From Aliivibrio fischeri ES114 (lineage in GTDB: Bacteria > Pseudomonadota > Gammaproteobacteria > Enterobacterales > Vibrionaceae), in assembly GCF_000011805.1 (NCBI RefSeq), contig NC_006840.2: DNA of 32,000 nucleotides; one strand, written 5' to 3'. The number at the start of each line of letters is the position of its first letter. The first letter of the stretch is position 1. The notes beneath the pieces are model-generated. The model was not told where the DNA came from and did no database searches. It was given only the letters and a program-made list of their open reading frames with translations. The position numbers and the translations under genes are program-made. This document shows, one piece after another, positions 26,073-32,000 of this stretch.

Positions 26073-26390
26073 ATGAAAACAGCACCAACAGAAATGACGT
26101 TTTTTGAGCGTTTTGAATCAGATATTTTATCGGGTAAGAAAGTGATCACGATTCGTGATGAATCAGAAAAAGATTACGTGATTGGAACAGAAGTTGAAGT
26201 TAGTACTTATGAAGATAATCGTCGTTTTTGCCGATTAGCTATCGACAATGTTGAACCAATTAATTTTGATGACCTTAATCAGTACCATGCTGAGCAAGAG
26301 AATATGACATTAGAAGAACTAAAAAATATTATCGAAGAAATTTACCCAAATAAAGGTCAACTTTACGTTATCTCTTATCATTTAGTTTAA
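26073..26390 (+). CDS. yqfB: ASCH-domain protein YqfB (N4-acetylcytidine amidohydrolase family)
   Basis: 105 aa. The segments TFFERFESDILSGKKVITIRDESE ... HAEQENMTLEELKNIIEEIYP are colinear with E. coli YqfB. Confidence 0.88.
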   Translation: MKTAPTEMTFFERFESDILSGKKVITIRDESEKDYVIGTEVEVSTYEDNRRFCRLAIDNVEPINFDDLNQYHAEQENMTLEELKNIIEEIYPNKGQLYVISYHLV

Positions 26391-26408
26391 AGGAAATAGA
26401 GGTCAATA

Positions 26409-27491
26409 ATGGAATTATTATCTATCGACTTTTTAGGTCAGCCACTTCGTTTAGAAGGTTCAATGGCAGGTTGGCAGCAATTATTTTGGAGTAATACTCT
26501 TGTTGCTCAACACGCTGCATCGGCGGATCATAATGATCACTATCATCATGAGTTTCAGTTAACTCAAGGTGAAAAAATCATCACTTGTCAGTTAGAGGCC
26601 AAAGTGACTTGGCAACCATTTCTTATTGAATACCGCGCAATGATTGATGGTGAGTTAGTAGCAGAAGGCAGCCGTAACGAAAAAGACATTGAAAAACAGA
26701 TTCCGCATACTCCTATTAAAGCCGAGCGTAAATTCAGTTTAATAGGGTTAGTTTCATTAGGAATGAAGGCATTAAAAAGTGCCAAATTAATTAAGGTTGT
26801 TTTAGCCTCTGCAAGTCTTGCTGCATACTCGTGGTTATTCTCTATTGAATTCGCTTTATCTTTGATCGCTTGTTTAATGTTTCATGAGTATGGACATATA
26901 AAAGCGATGAAATATTTTGGAATGAAAACCAAAGGTATTTACCTTATACCATTTTTAGGCGGTTTAGCTCTGAGTGACGAGAAGATAAATACGCGATGGC
27001 AAGATGTTGTTATCTCGATTATGGGGCCATTTTTTGGCTTAATCCTTTCGCTTATTCTTATGGTGGTATATTGGATAACAGGGGAGATGTTCTTTGCTGG
27101 TCTTGCTGTATTCAATGCATTCTTAAATTTATTTAATTTATTACCAATACTCCCACTAGATGGTGGGCACGTTTTAAAAAGTATTAGCTTTTCAATGAAC
27201 AGTAAGCTTGGTATTTTTTTATGTGCATTAGCAGCTGTTAGTGGTGTCATATTAAGTTACTATTTAGGCCTAGCGCTGTTTGGTTTTTTACTTATCATGG
27301 GTAGTTTAGAAATAGTATTTGAATGGCGAGCTCGTCATCACAGTCATTTATTGCCACTGGATCGATACGGACAAATTATTTCATCGGTTTGGTATATAGG
27401 ATTAGTGAGTTCATTAATTGGCATTATTTGGTATTTTGCAAGTAGCGGTGATGCTTTGTTGCAATTACCTATGCAAATATTAGGAACTTAA
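26409..27491 (+). CDS. M50-type (site-2-protease-like) integral membrane zinc metalloprotease with a soluble His-rich N-terminal domain
   Basis: AGAGG RBS follows 18 nt after the yqfB stop. HEYGH (nt 26883-26897) sits in a transmembrane segment. NLLPILPLDGGH supplies the third ligand motif. There are at least 5 hydrophobic segments. The N-terminal roughly 105 aa are soluble and include HNDHYHHE. Confidence 0.75.
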   Translation: MELLSIDFLGQPLRLEGSMAGWQQLFWSNTLVAQHAASADHNDHYHHEFQLTQGEKIITCQLEAKVTWQPFLIEYRAMIDGELVAEGSRNEKDIEKQIPHTPIKAERKFSLIGLVSLGMKALKSAKLIKVVLASASLAAYSWLFSIEFALSLIACLMFHEYGHIKAMKYFGMKTKGIYLIPFLGGLALSDEKINTRWQDVVISIMGPFFGLILSLILMVVYWITGEMFFAGLAVFNAFLNLFNLLPILPLDGGHVLKSISFSMNSKLGIFLCALAAVSGVILSYYLGLALFGFLLIMGSLEIVFEWRARHHSHLLPLDRYGQIISSVWYIGLVSSLIGIIWYFASSGDALLQLPMQILGT

Positions 27492-27540
27492 TCTCTAAAA
27501 TTAAGATTATTAGCTCTTAATAGCTAAAAGGAATTTACGG

Positions 27541-28287
27541 ATGTTTAAAAAATTAAAAGCGTCTCTTGGCATTGGTGCCGCAAAAGTGGATACCATTTTA
27601 GAAAATCCAGAGCTTTTCCAAGGGGATAAGCTTATCGGTGCCGTTCATATTCAAGGTGGCGATATAGAGCAGAAAATTGATGCTATTCATATCAAGCTGA
27701 ACACAGAGATTAAAATTGAAAATGATAATGGTGTGAGTTATCAAACATTCACTCTATTTCATACACAAGCGGTTAATCCATTTGTTATCCAAGCTGGTGA
27801 ACAAAAGAAATTACCATTTACTATTAAGTTACCTGACGAAACGCCAATTACGGCATTAAATGTTCGTAATAACCATTGTGACGTGTGGGTTGAGACGGTA
27901 TTGGATATTGATTTTGCATTAGATCCAACAGATCGAGATTTACTAATAGTAAAACCGTTACCTGTCGCTGGAGCGATTATTCAACAAGTTGAGCAAGCTG
28001 GCTTTAACATGGTAAAAGCAGATGTTGAGAAGGGCTTTTTAAATGGAGGTCACTTCAAGTCTCATTCTGGTTGTTACCAAGAAATTGAATTTAGAAGTAG
28101 CGGCTTTATTAATAAGAAAGAAATTGAATTGTCATTTATTTTGGATGGCAGTGTTCTCCATTGCTTAGCGGAAGTTGACCGTTCTCTTGGTTTTAATCGT
28201 GGTGATCAATATATTTCATTCTCTTTAGGTCTAAATGCCTCAAGTGCTGAAATAAATAATGCTGTTCAGCGAATTTTACGTGTATAA
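27541..28287 (+). CDS. SpoOM-family protein (sporulation-control protein Spo0M-like)
   Basis: 248 aa. The N-terminus MFKKLKASLGIGAAKVDTILEN...GG is the characteristic SpoOM start. AAGGA RBS precedes the start. Confidence 0.8.
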   Translation: MFKKLKASLGIGAAKVDTILENPELFQGDKLIGAVHIQGGDIEQKIDAIHIKLNTEIKIENDNGVSYQTFTLFHTQAVNPFVIQAGEQKKLPFTIKLPDETPITALNVRNNHCDVWVETVLDIDFALDPTDRDLLIVKPLPVAGAIIQQVEQAGFNMVKADVEKGFLNGGHFKSHSGCYQEIEFRSSGFINKKEIELSFILDGSVLHCLAEVDRSLGFNRGDQYISFSLGLNASSAEINNAVQRILRV

Positions 28288-28324
28288 ATTCTGATGAAAT
28301 AAGCATTAAGTAGAATGATTAAAT

Positions 28325-28365
28325 GAAAATAAAGCTCTCTAATTTAGAGAGCTTTATGTATTTTA
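28325..28365. terminator. Bidirectional terminator between the spo0M-like gene and the convergent ABM gene
   Basis: A 10-bp perfect stem, aaagctctct (28331-28340) with agagagcttt (28346-28355). A/T runs lie on both sides. Confidence 0.7.
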
Positions 28366-28653
28366 AGCTTCGATAGCATCATAAAATGTTATTTTAGGCT
28401 CTTCTTCCAATAGTCCATCTAGATTGGCAATCAAATCAGTAAAGTGCGTCTCTTTGCAATGTGAATCGAACGCATCCTTATCACTAAATTGTTCTTGAAA
28501 TAAAAACTTACGACTATCTGATTGGTCTTGAAATAAACAATAGCGAATACAGCCTTTTTCGTTACGAGTAGGAGCTAATATTGCTGTTAGCAGTTGATAT
28601 AATGCGTCTTCTTTTCCCATCTTAGCGCAGAATTGTGCAGTCAAGTGAATCAT
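28363..28653 (-). CDS. Antibiotic-biosynthesis-monooxygenase (ABM) domain protein, YgiN-like quinol monooxygenase
   Basis: 96 aa with a ferredoxin-like ABM pattern (..EKGCIRY...QEQF.D.DAFD.H..T.HF..). GGAG RBS precedes the start, 21 nt after the VOC gene. Confidence 0.7.
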   Translation of the reverse strand: MIHLTAQFCAKMGKEDALYQLLTAILAPTRNEKGCIRYCLFQDQSDSRKFLFQEQFSDKDAFDSHCKETHFTDLIANLDGLLEEEPKITFYDAIEA

Positions 28654-28674
28654 TTTATATCTCCGATTTATTTA

Positions 28675-29070
28675 TTATAAGTAACGCCCAGCTCGTTGAA
28701 TAAATTCAATCTTGTAGCCGTCAGGGTCAGTAACGAAAAAGAACGTCGCTAATAGCACGCCTTCATGGTCAAATGATTTAATATCCGAAGTGTTAATACC
28801 GTATGTATTTAGGTGCTTATGTGTTGTATGAATACAATCAACACTCACCGCAATGTGTCCATAGCCATTACCGTGAATATAGGGTTCGTGTTGGTCGTGA
28901 TTATGAGTCAATTCGATTTCGAATCCTGTTTCAGAATTAGCAAGGTAGGTCAGTGAAAAATTATCAAAACGATATTGATTAACGATCTCTAGCTCTAGTG
29001 CATCACGGTAGAATTTGATGGAGGCAGGCAAGTCATGCACTCTCACCATGCTATGTATTAGTTTTGTCAT
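28675..29070 (-). CDS. VOC-family metalloenzyme, glyoxalase I-like
   Basis: 131 aa. It aligns with E. coli GloA, including the four metal-ligand positions: His in LIHSMVRV, Glu in EIELTHN, His in GHIAVSV and Glu in YKIEFIQ. AAGGAG RBS precedes the start. Confidence 0.7.
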   Translation of the reverse strand: MTKLIHSMVRVHDLPASIKFYRDALELEIVNQYRFDNFSLTYLANSETGFEIELTHNHDQHEPYIHGNGYGHIAVSVDCIHTTHKHLNTYGINTSDIKSFDHEGVLLATFFFVTDPDGYKIEFIQRAGRYL

Positions 29071-29169
29071 GGGTTCTCCTTGTGAACGAGAACATCATAA
29101 TGAGAGTTGAAAGTAGGGTGGTAGTACGTGAGTACGACAAATAACAAATCTATTAAAATGAATGTGTCA

Positions 29170-29460
29170 TTAAAGAGTTGAGAGTGTTTCTTGTGGCTTA
29201 CGTGAATAAATTAAACAAGCACAGCGAAGTAACGAAGCAAAATTAGTGACCTCTCCGTTATGCTCTAATGCCTCTTTGTATATTGTAGAAATAAAACGAG
29301 GGACGCTTAAACCTTGGTACTCAGCGATTTCTTCAAGTGTTTCCCAAAAGCTGGCTTCTAGTTTTACACTGGTAGCATGACCATCAATTCGAATAGAGCG
29401 AGTGATGAATCGGTAGTTTTCAGTTGGCTGATGAGCAAATATTTCACACATAAATATCAT
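29170..29460 (-). CDS. Small ribbon-helix-helix-type protein (RHH_4-like by recollection)
   Basis: 96 aa. The segment RSIRIDGHATSVKLEASFWETLEEIAEYQGLSVPRFISTIYKE fits a beta-strand plus two-helix RHH pattern. The start is uncertain (ATG 29460 or 29451) and the RBS is weak. Confidence 0.55.
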   Translation of the reverse strand: MIFMCEIFAHQPTENYRFITRSIRIDGHATSVKLEASFWETLEEIAEYQGLSVPRFISTIYKEALEHNGEVTNFASLLRCACLIYSRKPQETLSTL

Positions 29461-29675
29461 AGGTCTGTTGAGTTATTGCATTATTCTGTATGGAAATGAA
29501 GCGAGAATCAAATAACTGGGAAATATCATTTTTGTGATCTTGATTCTTTTTTTGCATTAATGAGTTAAGAAACGTACAATAGCGCTCTTGTGAGTATTCC
29601 CGACCTTTGTGTGGTTGATTGATTCTCACAACTACTCTATATACAACGTATTTTTCGTTTATTAATTTTTAGCAT

Positions 29676-29696
29676 GTGTTGCTTCGTGTGCAACAC
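29676..29696 (+). promoter_or_regulatory. thrS translational operator: tRNA-Thr anticodon-arm mimic
   Basis: A 7-bp perfect stem, GUGUUGC (29676-29682) with GCAACAC (29690-29696), closes the 7-nt loop UUCGUGU. The loop reads U33-like U, then CGU (a Thr anticodon), then a purine. It ends 6 nt before the SD AAAGGA and 18 nt before the thrS ATG. Confidence 0.7.
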
Positions 29697-29714
29697 CACT
29701 GTAAAGGATAAAAC

Positions 29715-31643
29715 ATGCCTGTAATTACTCTTCCAGACGGTTCTCAACGTCAATTCGATAACGCTGTTTCAACTATGGATGTCGCTGCTGACATCGGTCC
29801 AGGTCTTGCGAAAGCTTGTATCGCTGGTCGTGTTGATGGTGTTCGTGTTGATGCGTGCGATTTAATTGAAAATGACGCTCAACTTGAAATCATCACAGCA
29901 AAAGATGAAGACGGTTTAGAAATCATTCGTCACTCTTGTGCGCACCTTTTAGGTCACGCAGTTAAGCAGCTTTTCCCTGAAGCTAAGATGGCGATTGGTC
30001 CAACAATCGATAACGGTTTCTACTACGATATCGATATGGAGCACTCTTTAACGCAAGAAGATCTTGATAAGATTGAAAAGCGTATGAAGGATCTTGCTAA
30101 GACCAAGTACCAAGTAATTAAGAAGAACGTAAGCTGGCAAGAAGCGCGTGATACTTTTGAAGCACGCGGTGAAACTTACAAGATTGAAATCCTTGACGAA
30201 AACGTATCTAAAGACGATCGTCCAGGTTTATATCACCACGAAGAATACATTGATATGTGTCGTGGTCCTCACGTTCCTAACATGAGCTTCTGTCAGAACT
30301 TTAAGATTCTGAACGTTGCTGGTGCATACTGGCGTGGTAACAGTGACAACAAAATGCTGCAACGTGTCTACGGCACTGCATTCCAAGATAAGAAATTGCT
30401 TAAAGCACACCTTATCCGCCTAGAAGAAGCAGCAAAGCGTGATCACCGTAAAATTGGTAAGCAACTTGATCTGTTCCATATGCAGCAAGAAGCTCCAGGT
30501 ATGGTGTTCTGGCACCACAACGGTTGGACTATCTTCCGTGAACTAGAAGTATTTGTTCGTGAAAAACTAACTCAGTACGATTACCAAGAAGTAAAAGGCC
30601 CATTAATGATGGACCGCGTACTTTGGGAACGTTCTGGTCACTGGGACAAATACGCTGAAGCGATGTTCACAACAAGTTCTGAGAACCGTGAATACGCAAT
30701 TAAACCAATGAACTGTCCAGGTCACGTTCAAATCTTTAACCAAGGTCTGAAATCATACCGTGATTTACCATTACGTATGGCTGAGTTTGGCTCATGTCAC
30801 CGTAATGAACCATCTGGTGCTCTACACGGCATTATGCGTGTTCGTGGCTTCACTCAAGATGATGCACACGTATTCTGTACAGAAGCACAAGTTCAACAAG
30901 AAGTTAAATCTTGTATTGAAATGGTTTACGATACATATCAAACATTTGGTTTTGATAATATCGTAGTTAAGCTGTCTACACGTCCAGAACAACGCGTTGG
31001 TTCTGATGAAATGTGGGACCGTGCTGAGTCAGATTTAAAACTTGCTCTAGAGTCAATGGAGATTCCATACGAGATTCAAGAGGGTGAGGGTGCGTTCTAC
31101 GGACCGAAAATTGAATTTACTTTGCATGATTGTCTGGACCGTGCGTGGCAATGTGGTACAGTACAGCTTGATTTTGCATTACCAGAGCGTTTAGGTGCAA
31201 CTTACGTTGGTGAAGATAACGAACGTCACACACCAGTGATGATTCACCGCGCGATTTTAGGTTCACTAGAGCGTTTCATTGGTATCTTAATCGAAGACTA
31301 TGCAGGCTTTTTCCCAACGTGGTTAGCTCCTGAACAAGCGATTGTTATGGGAATTACGGACAAACAAGCTGATTACGTACAAGAAATTGCAAAAAAACTG
31401 CAAAAAAATGGATTTAGAGTGAAAGCGGACTTGAGAAATGAGAAGATTGGCTTTAAAATCCGTGAACATACTTTGAAGCGTGTACCGTATATGCTTGTTT
31501 GTGGCGACCAGGAGATGGAAGCTGGAGAAATTGCAGTACGTACTCGTAAAGGTAAAGATTTGGGTAAATTCAAAATTGATGATTTTGTTGCATTCCTGCA
31601 GCAAGAAGTTAGTGCCCGAACGCTCAATACTGTGGAGGAATAA
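29715..31643 (+). CDS. thrS: Threonyl-tRNA synthetase
   Basis: 642 aa. It has an N-terminal TGS and editing domain ([10 protein letters not shown]). The class II core has [28 protein letters not shown] and GTVQLDF. A C-terminal anticodon-binding domain is present. Confidence 0.97.
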   Translation: MPVITLPDGSQRQFDNAVSTMDVAADIGPGLAKACIAGRVDGVRVDACDLIENDAQLEIITAKDEDGLEIIRHSCAHLLGHAVKQLFPEAKMAIGPTIDNGFYYDIDMEHSLTQEDLDKIEKRMKDLAKTKYQVIKKNVSWQEARDTFEARGETYKIEILDENVSKDDRPGLYHHEEYIDMCRGPHVPNMSFCQNFKILNVAGAYWRGNSDNKMLQRVYGTAFQDKKLLKAHLIRLEEAAKRDHRKIGKQLDLFHMQQEAPGMVFWHHNGWTIFRELEVFVREKLTQYDYQEVKGPLMMDRVLWERSGHWDKYAEAMFTTSSENREYAIKPMNCPGHVQIFNQGLKSYRDLPLRMAEFGSCHRNEPSGALHGIMRVRGFTQDDAHVFCTEAQVQQEVKSCIEMVYDTYQTFGFDNIVVKLSTRPEQRVGSDEMWDRAESDLKLALESMEIPYEIQEGEGAFYGPKIEFTLHDCLDRAWQCGTVQLDFALPERLGATYVGEDNERHTPVMIHRAILGSLERFIGILIEDYAGFFPTWLAPEQAIVMGITDKQADYVQEIAKKLQKNGFRVKADLRNEKIGFKIREHTLKRVPYMLVCGDQEMEAGEIAVRTRKGKDLGKFKIDDFVAFLQQEVSARTLNTVEE

Positions 31644-31646
31644 GGT

Positions 31647-32000
31647 ATTAAAGGCGGAAAAAGAGCCCAACAGCCGGCTAAACAAAATGCTCATCGTCTA
31701 AACGGTGAAATTCGTGGCGTTAAAGAAGTGCGCCTAACAGGCCTAGATGGTGAATCAGTAGGCATCGTTTCTTTAAACGAAGCTCTGGATGCAGCACTTG
31801 AAGCTGGTGTTGACTTAGTTGAAATCAGCCCAAATGCCGAGCCACCAGTTGGTCGTGTGATGGACTATGGCAAATTCCTCTTCGAAAAGGCGAAGGCTGC
31901 TAAAGAACAGAAGAAAAAGCAAAAACAGGTTCAGATCAAGGAAATTAAATTCCGACCTGGAACTGATGTAGGAGACTATCAGGTAAAACTACGCAACCTG
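31647..32000 (+). CDS. infC: Translation initiation factor IF-3, AUU start, 3'-truncated by the window edge
   Basis: It is not in the ORF track. Reading from ATT at 31647 (GGAGG sits 8 nt upstream, 3 nt after the thrS stop) gives [118 protein letters not shown]. This is colinear with E. coli IF-3. The frame is open to base 32000. Confidence 0.92.
   Translation, partial: MKGGKRAQQPAKQNAHRLNGEIRGVKEVRLTGLDGESVGIVSLNEALDAALEAGVDLVEISPNAEPPVGRVMDYGKFLFEKAKAAKEQKKKQKQVQIKEIKFRPGTDVGDYQVKLRNL

Noticed and set aside
29444-29629. A 61-aa minus-strand ORF in the RHH-thrS intergenic region.
   Set aside because: It overlaps the RHH gene start out of frame and lies in promoter or leader DNA. It has no RBS and a low-complexity translation.
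29560-29675. A second anticodon-like hairpin (E. coli operator domain 4 equivalent) upstream of the thrS operator stem-loop.
   Set aside because: Only weak 4-5-bp pairings exist (for example aacg-tattttt-cgtt at about 29645-29659), and none has a Thr anticodon in the loop. This is not supportable.
31323-31701. ORFs 31323-31694 (-), 31373-31627 (-) and 31480-31701 (+) at the thrS-infC junction.
   Set aside because: They overlap the conserved thrS C-terminal domain and the infC start in wrong frames or strands. The real gene here is infC, starting at AUU 31647.
1-32000. A search for mobile elements, integrases or transposases, CRISPR repeats, tRNA/rRNA genes, toxin-antitoxin pairs, and defence-island hallmarks (nucleases, large ATPases, methyltransferase-restriction pairs).
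   Set aside because: Nothing of the kind is visible. Every sizeable ORF is accounted for by a housekeeping or conserved hypothetical family. Gene order matches conserved enterobacterial/vibrio synteny (gyrA-ubiG-nrdAB-yfaE, thrS-infC). I therefore do not claim a novel defence or mobile system here.

Overview
This window reads as conserved chromosomal backbone of an AT-rich gammaproteobacterium. Gene content and protein sequences look Vibrionaceae-like, but that placement is inference only. I support about 30 protein-coding genes. I found no rRNA or tRNA genes, CRISPR arrays, transposases, integrases or recognisable defence-system hallmarks.

Gene order, left to right:
- yiaY-like Fe-alcohol dehydrogenase (5' partial) and ribA.
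- A four-gene periplasmic cluster: imelysin, di-haem DUF1111-type protein, imelysin lipoprotein, DUF1513-like protein.
- gloC/ycbL, then a small lysine/alanine-rich protein with a winged-helix-like C-terminus.
- A secreted or outer-membrane orphan (-), tyrP (-) with tandem TyrR boxes, and yfaY/cinA-like (+).
- The block yfaE <- TPR-GAF-GGDEF <- nrdB <- nrdA <- ubiG, divergent from gyrA. This matches the E. coli gyrA-ubiG-nrdAB-yfaE neighbourhood except for the inserted GGDEF gene.
- A small zinc-ribbon ORF, a hot-dog-fold protein, a PAP2 phosphatase and yegD.
- yqfB, an M50-type membrane metalloprotease and a Spo0M-like protein.
- ABM monooxygenase, VOC/glyoxalase-I-like and RHH genes (-).
- thrS, then the start of infC. 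infC uses an AUU start, so it is absent from the ORF track.

Regulatory sites readable directly from the sequence:
- A tRNA-Thr anticodon-arm mimic in front of thrS.
- Two NrdR-type boxes and a perfect DnaA box upstream of nrdA.
- TyrR boxes upstream of tyrP.
- A Fur-box-like sequence upstream of the imelysin cluster.
- Numerous rho-independent terminators.

I do not see an obviously novel multi-gene system. The best candidates for a second look:
- The mechanistically unresolved imelysin/DUF1111/DUF1513 cluster, which contains a G9 tract.
- The GGDEF gene wedged into the nrd-yfaE unit.
- The yqfB-M50-spo0M trio.
- The H1-like/wHTH small protein.

All homology statements come from reading the translations and from memory of the families. 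No database search was run.
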